Assembly (NCBI GenBank): GCA_000388065.2
Contig: KB932201.1
Strand: one strand, 5' to 3'
Length of the DNA stretch: 47,432 nt
From: Fonticula alba ATCC 38817
Taxonomy: Eukaryota; Protista; Nucleariida
Part shown: positions 1 through 11,589 of the stretch, piece after piece
Layout of the letters: each line of letters starts with the position of its first letter
How positions within the stretch are numbered: the stretch's first letter is position 1
Program-made: the position numbers and the translations under genes
The notes under the pieces: model-generated
What the model saw: the letters and a program-made list of their open reading frames with translations, nothing else
Told to the model about the DNA's origin: nothing
Databases searched by the model: none

Positions 1-36
1 CCTCGCCCCGCCCCTGGGGGACATGTTGCCCTCCAG

Positions 37-479
37 ATGCCGTCATCTCTCCCAGCGAGGAGGCTCGCAGCCGAGTTAATACCCCGGGCTCGCCGTTTGA
101 GCCGCTGGTGGTTGACCTCCACCGGCCAGTGGGGAAATCGATCCTTCGTCGGCGGGGAGACAGTGGGACCTCCACTCCCACGCCCGTGTCTCCGGACAGT
201 GTGGCCTCGCCGGTTTCAAGAGTTCACTGGTCGCAGACCGTGGACGTCGGCCACACCTACAGCACCTTCGAGTATGACCGGCTCTCGGTGCGCGAGAACC
301 CCTTCGACGATGACAGCGACTATGATGATGATGATGATGAGGATGAGGATGATGACAGCAGCGACATGGATGACAATGATCTCTTCTCCCGGGGTGTGAG
401 CGAGACGCCCGACAATCCGGACCTGCTTTTTGTCGATGAGGATGGCTTTGCCAGCTATGTCAGTCCGACGGAAGTCTGA
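37..479 (+). CDS. 3' exon of a gene that starts left of the window; putative protein phosphatase 1 regulatory subunit (neurabin/spinophilin/Bni4-like PP1-docking module) with acidic tail
   Basis: Frame of ORF 108..479 reads KSILRRR (SILK-like), RVHW (RVxF-type) and TYSTFEYDR, then an Asp/Glu-rich tail and TGA at 477-479. There is a candidate acceptor ctccag ending at 36. Confidence 0.6.
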
Positions 480-745
480 AGCGAGGAGATTGTGTTCATC
501 TTCCCTTCCCTCCCCCCCCCCCCCCCCCCCCTCGGCTGTTGCTTCCCTTTCCTTTGCGTGCTTGCGGCATTTCGACGCGCAAGCGGTGTCCAGTTGTTCT
601 CCCCTGTCGTCGATGCGTGGTACACGCGCTCTTTCTTGTTCTCCCCCTTTTCATTGTTCCATCCTCCTCTCTCCACTCCTCCCTCTTGGGAAGGACGTCC
701 TTGCGCGTATCTCCCCCCTCCGCCTCCCTCCCTTTCCCTCCCCCT

Positions 746-1133
746 NNNNNNNNNNNNNNNNNNNNNNNNNNNNNNNNNNNNNNNNNNNNNNNNNNNNNNN
801 NNNNNNNNNNNNNNNNNNNNNNNNNNNNNNNNNNNNNNNNNNNNNNNNNNNNNNNNNNNNNNNNNNNNNNNNNNNNNNNNNNNNNNNNNNNNNNNNNNNN
901 NNNNNNNNNNNNNNNNNNNNNNNNNNNNNNNNNNNNNNNNNNNNNNNNNNNNNNNNNNNNNNNNNNNNNNNNNNNNNNNNNNNNNNNNNNNNNNNNNNNN
1001 NNNNNNNNNNNNNNNNNNNNNNNNNNNNNNNNNNNNNNNNNNNNNNNNNNNNNNNNNNNNNNNNNNNNNNNNNNNNNNNNNNNNNNNNNNNNNNNNNNNN
1101 NNNNNNNNNNNNNNNNNNNNNNNNNNNNNNNNN
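746..1133. other. Assembly gap (N run)
   Basis: Run of N flanked by C-rich sequence. Other gaps are at 4290-4299, 6453-6483, 18833-18842, 35851-35885, 39970-40141, 42501-42520, 44774-45060 and 46873-46882. Confidence 1.
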
Positions 1134-1307
1134 CCCCCCCCTGCCTTCCCGCCTATCAACCTCGCAGCACGCGCTGTCCCGAGCCCGCTCCCGGTCCTTA
1201 AAGTTAATATATGTTGAAATCACAACACTGGCACTGCGATGACACAGAGGAAGGGATTATTCTTTTTATCTTCTTCCCCAGGCCAAGGGCAGATGGGGGA
1301 CTCGCAT

Positions 1308-2160
1308 TTAGGCCACACCGGAGGAGAGCTCATAATAGGCCACTGTGGCTCCATCGGATCCCGCAAGCGCGATGAGCACGGACTGGTCGACGGTCGCTGT
1401 GCCGCCCGTTGGCGAGAGAACCAAGTTCTGTGCTATGGCTACGATGCGAGCCAGCACCGCTGACAAACTGGTGTGTTATGGTGAGTTGGAGGGAGGGGGA
1501 GGGGGAAGAAGCGGGCAACAGGTGTCCGGGTATGTGCATGCATGCATGCATGCATGTATGCAAACATGTAAATGCAAACCCGAGGCGTACATGGCGATGT
1601 CCGGCAGTGATGAGGAGCTCTCGAGGATGAAGGCGCACTATGGGCCCAACCAAGGAAGATGGCGGAGAGGTGAGATTACAGCGGTGTCCAGCGATGAACA
1701 CGCACATGTGAATGCGTGAGTGTGTGCGTGTGTGTGTGTGTGCGTGTGCGTGTGTGAGTGTGTTTATTCGCGCGTGTATGCGTACCTGATAGCACGACGA
1801 GTCAATACCATCACGATGAAGAACCAGAAAGTAGGGCGGGACCTTATCCAAGCCGCCAGGTCCAGCGGCCACAGCTGTGTCCACCTCTAGGGCAACCAGG
1901 TGGCTGAGTACCAGGTCCTGGTCTTGGGTGGGGGAATGTCAGGCGAGAGTCAGCATTCTTGCTCCTGTGTGTGTGTGTGTGTGTGTGTGTGTGGGCATGG
2001 CCTCGCAGATGAAGCCAAGGAGTTGGTTCGCACCTTCAAGATCCGATAGCACCGTGCGAAAGGTCCGGCTGAAGGCGTCCACATGGGCGGCCACAGTGTG
2101 GCGATTGAAGGCTTGAGACCGGACACCGCTCAGAGGTACAGAGGTGGGAGCGCAGCCCAT
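1308..2160 (-). CDS. tRNA-splicing endonuclease subunit Sen15-like protein (4 exons; start uncertain)
   Basis: Manual splicing (approx. 2160-2035, ~1922-1786, 1637-1591, 1467-1308) gives ...RTFRTVLSDLE...CAFILESSSSLPDIAILSAVLARIV...SVLIALAGSDGATVAYYELSSGVA*. The C-terminus resembles the Sen15 motif LAIVxSDSTIVYYxxxxG. Donors (gtgcga, gtacgc, gtacgc) are canonical and the phases are consistent. Confidence 0.5.
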
Positions 2161-2459
2161 TTGGGGCAGACAGGGTGACATGGCTGGATGTGCAGGCGCA
2201 TGTGGGTGCATGTGCGTTTAAAGGAACAGATGGGTATAATTATAGATATGGTACGTGTGTGATGGAGCTTGCTGCGGCATACGTGGGCCACGGCGGTGCG
2301 GCGGCGAGTCAAGGAGAGGGGCTGTGTCTTGGGGGGGTCTCGGTCAGACCCGGTGAAGCGTGCGCGATTGTTGTGGGTACAAATGTGCAGGATCCCCTTG
2401 GTCCCGAGTGGGCGGCCCCCCGTGGGGGCCGCCTGCTTCCTTGCTCCCTTCTTTCTTTT

Positions 2460-2460
<1 letters not shown>

Positions 2461-2518
<58 letters not shown>
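2461..2518. repeat. (CT)n microsatellite joined to a (CG)8 tract
   Basis: Directly visible; intergenic, upstream of the Sen15-like gene. Confidence 0.95.
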
Positions 2519-3346
2519 CTCTTGGCGCATGGTCTGTTCTTGGATGGATTCTCGCTGGTCGGCCCCTGGTGGCCGCTGGGGAAAAAACAAGCAGGAGAAA
2601 GAGCCAGGGCGAGAGAGAGAGAGAGAGAGAAGGAGACCGAGAGACAAGCGGCATCTTGGCTAGACAGTCGCAGCGCTTTCATGGGCACCCGAGGCGGGTC
2701 TACGAAACCAGAACACCATCCGCGAGGACCGGCCCAAGCCCTGAAGGTACGGACCCTCCAGCTTGGGGTCCTAGGGTTGGCGGGGAGGTCGGGGAGGATC
2801 TGATCTTTCCGCGACCTAGCTATTGGCCAGCGAAAATCCCCTCCAAATGTGACGGTACAATTTTTGCCACGATCTTCTGTCCTCGCGCTCCGGTCCGTTG
2901 ACACCGGCGGCACCTCCGGTCTATGATGAGGCGCCGCCATGGGCGCGTGCCCGCGCGCGGGGCCAACCTTCCCGCCCTCCAGGCGCCTTGTGAGCAGGCG
3001 GCCCACTCCGCAATGCGTCCGGGCGCCACATTCTGGCGGGGGCAAGGCGAGGGGCGGGGGGGGTGCGAATGACCTTCCCGTGCATCCCGAGTGGAAAAAG
3101 CCCCCCCGAAGGCGGTGGTGCGGCTGAGGCTGGATGCGGCGTGCCCTGGCCGAATCCCGGACCGTGTACCCCCCCTCTTCCCCCTTGCACCCTTTCTGGC
3201 CCCGCGAGGGGGTCGGGGGCGGCAGGGCGACCGTTACAGCACGCCGGCTGGTATTCCTCCGCCGGGGGCGAGGCAGCAACGTCCGGCGGGTCTTCGGGCC
3301 GGATATTTAAATTCCCCCCGGCCCAGCCCGAAGGCATGAGGAGTAC

Positions 3347-3373
3347 GTCGGTCGGTCGGTCGGTCGGTCGGTC
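3347..3373. repeat. (GTCG)n tetranucleotide repeat
   Basis: Directly visible in the divergent intergenic region. Confidence 0.9.
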
Positions 3374-3935
3374 CGTCCGCCGATCGTCCCCCCGTCTGCC
3401 TCCCCGTGCGGCTTAATCTCGCCAACGTGCACGCGAGCACCCTGCCCTTCTCCACTGGCGGGGTTGGGGGGCGAGAGGAGGCGACACGGACACAAGTGGC
3501 AGCCAAGGACGAAGTCAGACAGGCAGAGGTGGGGGCTAACTCGGTGTCCGAGTCGCCCCCCCCCCCCCCCGCCCCCCTCCCCCTCGACATATCTTATCGG
3601 CCGGTCCGCGCTCGTTTGCCGATCCTTAGGCTCGAGCAACCCGTCTCCTACCCCCTCCTCTCCTCCCCTTCGCCTCTGTTCCTTCTCTCCTCACCCCCTC
3701 ACCCCTGCCTCTGTTGGCACATTGCGAGGGGAAGAGCGCGGGGCTGCGCACAAGCACACCTAGACACATTAGTACATCCAGGCGCACGTATACGTGCCTG
3801 GGCTCCTGATTGCGGACCTGGCCATCCTTCCAAGGGTAAGTCTGAAAGCAAGAACTTCTGGCTTTCCCCTATTCTCCCCCCCCCCCTCTCTCTCCCATCC
3901 TCCTTGCGCATCCTCTCCCCACTTCTTTGCGGCAT

Positions 3936-6425
3936 ATGTCCTTCACGCCCTACTCGGGGGGGCCACCGCCATCCGCTGGCCTTCTGTTCGGGGGCGGTCG
4001 ACCGCCGGCCGAGCCGCTGATTATTGGGCTGGAAGACTTGAGCCCTGTGGCGCCCGCACCGTCATTAGATGCCCCGTTCGTAGACAGAAGTGCGCCCTTC
4101 TACTTCGGAACTCAGTCGCCGTCGATGCCACCGTCGATGCCGCCGTCGATGCCACCGTCGATGCCGCCGTCGATGCCGCCGCCGATGCCGCCGCCGATGC
4201 CGCCGTCGATGCCGCCGCCGATGCCGCCGTCGATGCCGCCGTCGATGCCGCCGTCGATGCCGCCGTCGATGCCGCCGTCGATGCCGCCGNNNNNNNNNNC
4301 CGTCGATGCCGCCGTCGATGCCGCCGTCGATGCCGCCGTCGATGCCGCCGTCGATGCCGCCGTCGATGCCGCCGTCGATGCCGCCGTCGATGCCACCGTC
4401 GATACCACCATCAATGCGAGGCTACCAGCCGCCGGTGGCAACAGCTCCCACTCCTCCTCCCATGCAGCCCTCGCCCTCTTCTTCGGAGTACTACCTTTCC
4501 GGAGCTTTCGCCCCTTCCTATGCTCCGGCCGCTTCCACAGCTCACTATGCCGGGCCAACTGGCGTCCCCCCAGTTAGCGCTCCGCATAATCCTCGAATGC
4601 CGGTTTTCCATCTGGTTCCTGGGCCGCCTCCTGTGGCGATGATGGGCGTCCCGGGAAGGCTGCCCGAGGGACATTTCGGCGCCCCCTCATCATTGACCGG
4701 GCTACCAATCTTCGCGCCTGGCGCGCCGGCAGGACCGCCCACGTCTGCCCCTCCGTCCGATCGGATTGACTTCACTCGACTGGATCGATTGGTTAATCAG
4801 CTGGATGCCAGGCTGTCTCCAGGTTCGATTCGGCCCAGCTGGCCTCGACGCTCGGAAGCTGGGCACTTCCGTTCGCCCATGGCACTTGAGGGCGACAGCC
4901 GGGTCCCCAAGCGCCCTCGTTCAGGCGAATACCCAAGCCGAGCTACTTCCGGTGCTTGGCCCGAGCGAGGGCCATACGCCACAACTGGCGAAGCAGCCGC
5001 TGCCTCCGAGCATTCGGCTGGTCACCCGAGGCCGGTCTTCATCGGCGGCCTTCCTGCGGCCAGTCAGCCAGGTCCAACTGGTTTGGACTCCGACTCGGAC
5101 TCGGACTCGGACCTGGAAATTGAACGCTTGCTGCATGATGCATATCGCACCTTTGGTGGGGGTGGCCAGGCGCCTGCCCACAGACACCCCTCGGCCGCGC
5201 GGCCAACTCCGCAGTCGTGGTCGGCGTCGGCACCGGAGCAGGCCATGCATCCTTACTCGTCTTACTCCTCGACTTCAGGGGGTTCTTTTTCCTCCGGCTC
5301 CTCGGCTCCCGGATATGGTCAGCATATGCAGGCACACCCGCCGTCACGACAGCCACCGCAGCCGCAGGCGCAGCCACCGCAACCGCAGCCACAGCCACAG
5401 TCGCAATCACAGCCCCGGTCAAGGGGCCCGCCACACTCCCAGCACCGCATTGAGCAGCCGGCAGTCACGCTGGCCCCCGCCTCGAGATCTGGCCATGCAC
5501 TGAGCCAGCAGCAGCTGGCTGCCACTGTCGGGCAACTGCACGGGGAAATCCAGAAGCTTGCAGCGGAAAAGTCCTACTGGCGTCAGGTGGCCCGGGAGAA
5601 TGCTCGTAACCCCACACATGCCGAGGGTCGCCGGATTGCCGCCGAGCAGGTGCGTTGGCGCTCCTGCCCTTCCTATGTCCGCCTTTGTCTCGCACACCTC
5701 TGCGTCGGCCATCTGACGCTCTGGTCACACCCCCCCTGGCTTTGTCCCCTCCGGTCCTGCCCCGGGCTGTGCAGGCTCTCACCTCGGCGCAGGACGAGAT
5801 TGCGGAGCTCCGGCGCAAGTACCGCGACCTCAAGCGCAAGGTGTTCGATTTGCACAAGCGAGCCATCCAACAAGCGGGGGCCCGGTTGGCGGCGTCTGCG
5901 CCGCATTACCCGGATTCCGGCCCTCGGCCTTCGGATCTCGACCGGCTGGCCATCGAAACGCCAGCTCGGCGGTCAACCAGCCGGCGGCCCCTTCTACCCT
6001 ATCATAACATGGCGAATGGCTCCTCGCGTGCCCATGCGCCAGTCAACGAGGCGGACTTCCTTCGGTCGCGTGCTGGAAGCCAGGCCTCCCATGGCGCCAC
6101 GCACCCGGCCGACTGGCAGGAGCCAGAGCGTGGTAGCCGTTCCCGCCAGGCGCCAGCCAACTATGCAGATGTCACACCTCAGCGCGCGGGTGGCACCAGG
6201 GCACATGTGGCTGCGAACTCGCGATCCACGGCCGCCGTGCATGGTCCATCGGCGCATCCGCCGCAGCCAGCTGCCAGCCGGGGCCGATCACGCACGCGGC
6301 CCAGTGGGACCACCACCAGTCACCGGGACTTGGTGGACTGGCTATCGGAGATTGGCCAAACCACCCCAACACCCCTGCCACAGGTGCCCCCGCGTGTGGA
6401 CCGCTCCCATGGCCGGCCTTTCTGA
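3936..6425 (+). CDS. Uncharacterised low-complexity protein with (PSMP)n repeat and a predicted coiled coil (2 exons, intron 5650-5774)
   Basis: ATG at 3936 (MSFTPYSGG...). The frame continues across the 10-N gap into ORF 4090. Donor cag|gtgcgt at 5650 and acceptor gtgcag at 5774 join ...RRIAAEQ to ALTSAQDEIAELRRKYRDLKRKVFDLHKR. Stop at 6423-6425. Confidence 0.7.
4119..4416 (+). repeat. Coding 12-bp tandem repeat CCGTCGATGCCG encoding Pro-Ser-Met-Pro
   Basis: About 14 units before and about 9-10 after the N gap at 4290-4299; the true copy number is unresolved. Confidence 0.95.
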
Positions 6426-6483
6426 AGCAAGAAGTTGCTTCATGCCCCCCCCNNNNNNNNNNNNNNNNNNNNNNNNNNNNNNN

Positions 6484-6515
<32 letters not shown>

Positions 6516-6847
6516 CCTCCTCCTTATCTGCTTCTTCTCGCCTTTCCTCCCCTCAGACACATGCACACGATGCATGCACCCTTTTCTGTGCATAGAATGC
6601 ACACACACACATGCGCACCTGCACATATTTCCATGCATGTCCACCAGTGTGCGAAGAGCCGGACATACGCTTGTTCCCCGAGAACCAGCATGTGCCATGG
6701 TGACCCCTCTAAGTATATTTTATCCTCCTGCGAAGGGGAGAGAGAAAAAAGTGGGGCACAGTAGACATCCTCATCAGGGGAAAATGGGAAGAGAGACATA
6801 GTGCTGGAGAAGGAGGGAGGAAAGAAAAAAAGAAGCAGGGCCTTTCC

Positions 6848-9800
6848 TCAATCGGTCCAGTCTTCGTAGATGTCATCGCGCAACATGGCTGCCGAAATTT
6901 GCGCATCCAGTGAATGCATGTCCGGGTCGTCATTGGGGGCGGCTGCGGGCGTGGGACCAGCCAAAGCATCGTCATTGGCGTCATCAAAGTCCTCGTCGTC
7001 GAACTCCTCCTCATCTTCATCATCAAAGTCCCCGTCTTCCTGGTCTTCCTCATCGGCAGCCGGGTCGTACATGCTCTCCAGGAGAGCCTCCGGATCGACA
7101 CCGAGCGCCTGCATGAGCTGCTCGCGGCCGGCCTCGGCGACGTCGGCGTTCGCGCCATTCTGGTGCATATTCATCAACAGATCCATCAGTCCACGGAGAA
7201 TGTCGGCCGGGGCACCGACCCCGCCGACCACCGGGGCACGTCGCGGGGCCGGTGCGACCGAGGCCCAGCCGTCCTCGTTGGCCACCTGCGCGGGACAGGG
7301 CCGGCTGGCGGCGGAGCCACCGGCACCGACACCGGCCTCCGGCACATAGTTCGGGTTGAGCGACTGAATCATCGAGCCGACGGCATTCATCGACACCGAC
7401 AGCAGGGAGGGAGCCTCCTCACTGGCAGCAGACGCGGAGGCGCCACCGGCCACCGAGGCGTCCGTATTGAGGGCGTACCCCCGGACGGGCTCATAGCGCG
7501 GTGGCAACGGGTCATGGGGATGCAAGTCACTCTTGGCATGGGTCGGCGGCAGGCAGCCGAAGGTCTTGGGCAAGTCTGTTGCACCCGGGTGTCAGATGCA
7601 TGGGGCCGGCAAGGGGCGAAGGGCATGGGAAACGAGAAAGACAGGGCCGGGCGGAAAGGGGGGGGGGGAAAGAGCGAGACACCCGAAGAGGGGAGGACAT
7701 CAGTCGCGCACCGGCCACCACAATGTGACGAGAGAGGGCTCGCGTTGACGGGCCAACCTTGGGGATTGTTGGAACAACGGCGGTATTGGCCGGGTCGGCA
7801 GCATCAACCGCGGCCAAGCCACCAGCGAGCGGAACGCGATAGGCCTCGGGCAGCTCGACAAAGCGCGCGGCAAAGGCCGAGTTGTAGGCGGCCAGGCGCA
7901 GGTCGCGGATACGCCGGCTGACGGCCGAATCATCGGTCCCGGACGTTTGGGGGCTCTGGGCCGCCTCATGGCAAAGAGCACGCGCGACCGCCGCAATCCC
8001 CGACCGGAGCCAGTTGGTGGTCTTCCAAGGGGGTGGTAGGTGGGCCAAAAGGCCAAGCAAAGGGTCAGGCGACTTGCTTTCCCGGGGACACACACACACA
8101 AACACACACACACACAGACACGGGAGGGCGAAAGGGAGAGGGAGGGAACAAGCAGGAAGGAGGCATACCGTGGGCTCGCGCCAAATGGAGTGGGAGCGCG
8201 CGGCAAACACGGTCGCCAGCGCGACCGACCGGTTGGCCGCCACGATTGGCACATGCGGCAGCCCGGCGAAAGCCTCCAGAGACTGAGCCAAATCAGTCGG
8301 CCGGGCGGCTGGATGCAGAGAGGCTGGCCGGCCGCAGATGGCCAGCACCCGCTCGGGATCGAACTCATACCACTCGCCGGCGATGGACCACTCGCCTTGA
8401 TTGTCGGAGTCCAAATCCTGAGGCGTGAGAAGTGGAACATGGGCCAGGTTGGCCGGGTCCTCGGGCAGGCTGGACACCGCGTCAGCGTAGGCACTCAAGA
8501 TGGGTGGGAAGTCGGCCGGCGAGCCGCCAGCCTCCTGCCAGAGGGCCCTCGCGGCTGCGGGGAAGGCGGCAATCGCCGCCCACAGACGACCGGCCGCCTG
8601 CTCCGGCAAACGGGCCAGCCCAGAGCAAGCCATGTTCAGCTGAGCCGACAGGTGATCGGTGGCGGTGTTGGCCGCCGAGCGGGCCGCACCGCCGCTGGCC
8701 TTCTTGTTGGTGGCCGAGGTGGGCTTGCGCGAGCCGCGCTGGATGAGTGACGGCGCCGAGTCGGCCGTGCCATTTTCCACGCGATCCGTGCACAGGGCCA
8801 GGCTAAAGGCATATGATGGGAGGAAGTGCAAGCCAAGCACGTCACAGAACGAGTCGTAAATGGACTGTGCGATTGGCCGGCGGGAATGAGAAGAGGGGTG
8901 GGGCACACCGGGGGGGGGGGGGGGGGGGGGGGCGGGGGGCAGTTAGACCTACTTTCGGAGGGAAGCGCAAAGGGGAGGCCCATTGGTACGTACCAGCAGC
9001 CACGAGTCCTCGCGGGCACGGACGGCGCAGTGGTCGAGAAGAAGAACCGACGCCAGCGGGTCATCCAGGGGATTGAGACTGAGCGGCGGATTGGTGTCAG
9101 CACATCCTGGGCACGAATGTTGCACACACACACACACACACACATGCACTTTGCGTGTGCATGTGCACGTGCATGCTCGAGCGGGACGTACCAGAAGAGC
9201 GCCTTAGCCGCTTCCAGGGCCGCCCGGTGGGCGCCAGTCCGGGCCACGGACGACACACGATGGAAGAGGGCCAGGAAGAGAGACCGATTCATCTCCACGT
9301 CATAGGAGAGCCAGCCACCGGCCGGGACCACGCTGTCCGGCGACTCGGCAAGCTGGTCGGGCTTCTGCAGGCGATATGGCTGGAACTGCGACGAGGCGCG
9401 CACCTCGTAGTCGAAGATGATGCGCTCTACGAGGGTAATGGCCGGGCATCCGTGTTAGAGGGCAGACGGGGCCGAGCAAGTGGCAGAGGGTGCGGCGGGG
9501 CTGGGACGTACCAATCACATCGTCGGACTCCGGGGCGCTTCCCTGACGACGCAGCATCTCGGCCACCGTCAGGGCAGTCGGCGCATGGAAGGGGGCCTTT
9601 GGCAGGCCAGCGAGACCAGGAGCACATCCCCCAAGAGGCCGAGGAGAGGAGGAGGAGGAGAAGGCATGTCAGAGGGATATCCGCCACGGAGGGGCAGGAG
9701 GCAGCCAGGGGGCCCGGAGGAGGAGGAGGAGGAGAGAGGTCCTGGCGCACGTCATGGAAGAGGTTGTGAATCTGGTCGTAGTTGTGGGTGCCAAGCAGGG

Positions 9801-10803
9801 CCTCGAAGCGCTGCTGCACCTGGAGGTACACCTGCGTCGGGGTGAAGCAGTAGAAAAAGCGCCCATCCTGGTTGATTTGCGCCGGCGACAAGGGGGTCAT
9901 CTGGAGGCCCGGGCGTGTGGACCGGCCCCGCTGCGAGGGGTGTCCCCGATTATGGCGGAAGGGGACCAGATTGCCACCGCCCATGCCGGAGCTCGAATGG
10001 CCGATGACGTCCGAGCCGAAGAAGCGCCGAAGCTCGGCATTGGCGTCCATCTTGTTGGGCTGCGTGCCGAAAGCCGCGCGGAAGAGCGACGCCGAGAGAG
10101 GATGCTCAAAGCCGGCGCCGGTGCGTGGCTGAGCCGCCGGAGTCTTGCTGGCCTCCGGGACTTCGGTCTCGGCGGCCACTTGCGTGCTGGCAGCCAGCTT
10201 GCTCTGGCGTTGGGCCTTTTTCTGCTGCTTCTTGGAGAGCGGGGCCGCGGCGGGGGCCTGGCGACGGCCTCGCGAGGCAGGAGGCGCCGAGCGTGCCGGG
10301 CGCCGAATGGGCGCCTCATCCTCAGAGGAGGAGGAGGAGGAGGAGTCGGATTCCTCGGACGAGGAAGTGTCATCCTCATTGACACCCATCAGCTGTGCGG
10401 GCGGCGGGCACCACGGGTCAGAGAACGGGGGTCGAGGAGGGGGAGGGAGAGAGAAGGAAGGAAGAGAGCCGCATCTCGAGCAGAGAGAGAGGGAGAGAGG
10501 GAGAGAGGGAGAGAGGGAGAGAGGGAGAGCTTCACGCACCATGGCAAAGGTATTGACACGCTTCGGGGCGGCAAAGACAGGGGCCTCCTCGCCCGAGGAG
10601 GAGGCTTCCGATGAGTCGGAGGCCTCTTGCTGCAGGCGCTGGGCCATCTCGAGCTCGCGTTGCTAAGGCGGCGCAACGGATGGGGTGTCAATCGGAAGGT
10701 GAGGAAAGAGAAAAAGCGATGGAAGGCAGCCGGGGGCAGGTGTATATGCCAGCAATTGGCGGTTGCGCACCCGCTGAAGCTGGCGAAGAGCGCGGGACGA
10801 CAT
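6848..10803 (-). CDS. TCF25: Transcription factor 25 / ribosome quality control protein Rqc1 homolog (multi-exon)
   Basis: Exon 1 (10803-10771) MSSRALRQLQR splices to QRELEMAQ (10662). Family motifs: DANAELRRFFGSDVI, YLQVQQRFEALL, APFHAPTALTVAEMLRRQ, MNRSLFLALFHRVSSVARTGAHRAALEAAK, LSRHIVVA and HDPLPP, followed by an acidic C-terminus. Confidence 0.85.
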
Positions 10804-11589
10804 GGCTCGAGGGTGTCAACAAGACGAGTTAGATCCGCCGCGGAGAAAAAGTGGGCGTGCCAACCGGAGGGAGGGAGGGAGGGGCGGGGGATTGGGCACA
10901 GGACTGGGCGATGGGGGAGGGGCGGGGGTTGCAAGAGGTGGGAGGAGGGGAGTGCCGATCCCTCCCCCGCCCCCGGAGGGCCCTCTGGCTGGGAGGCCGA
11001 TATGTGTCTGTGACGCAAGGGGGGGGGGGGGGGTAGATCGTGGGTACTTCGAGAAGATCGTGCGCCCGCCGGGACGGCGCCCTTACATGGAGCACCCGCA
11101 GCACGTGGTATGCCATTGGGGTGGTGATCAGCCTCGAATCGGCGACTTCCGTCGGCTCTCCCGATCGTGGAGTGTCTGTCTTGACGTATACCTGCCCTTC
11201 CCTTTCTCGATCTCTCCGCGGCTCGGGGGGGGGGCGGCCGGGGGGCGGACGGTTGGACAGTCCCCCGCGTCAGGGCCCCGCTCCTCAGGGTGTCCTCTTT
11301 TTTCCCTTTCGGCCGGTTTAACTCCTCAAGCGCCCTTGCATGGAAACAAGGAGATTGTGGATGGTAGGCAGGGAGGCCGCGGGAAAGACGACGGGGAGGA
11401 CGGGCATATATTTTTCTACTCGGGATGAGGTGTCTCTGGCCGGCGTTGGCCAAAAGGAACACCTCCCCCTCCCTCCCTCTCTCCCTCTCTCCCTCTCCCC
11501 CTCCCTCCCTCTCTCTCTCTCGCTCGCTCGCTCTTTCCCTTTCCTCTCCCGCCCGCCTGTCCTCCTCTCTCGTCTGGGCGTCTGATCGC

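Noticed and set aside
4112-4642. Alternative-frame ORFs (RRCR)n, (AAVD)n and (GGID)n
   Set aside because: These are shadows of the stop-free 12-bp repeat; only the PSMP frame connects to coding sequence on both sides.
6330-6365. DLVDWLSEIGQ resembling the start of a SAM domain
   Set aside because: Only about 10 residues match, and the ORF ends in Pro-rich sequence shortly afterwards.
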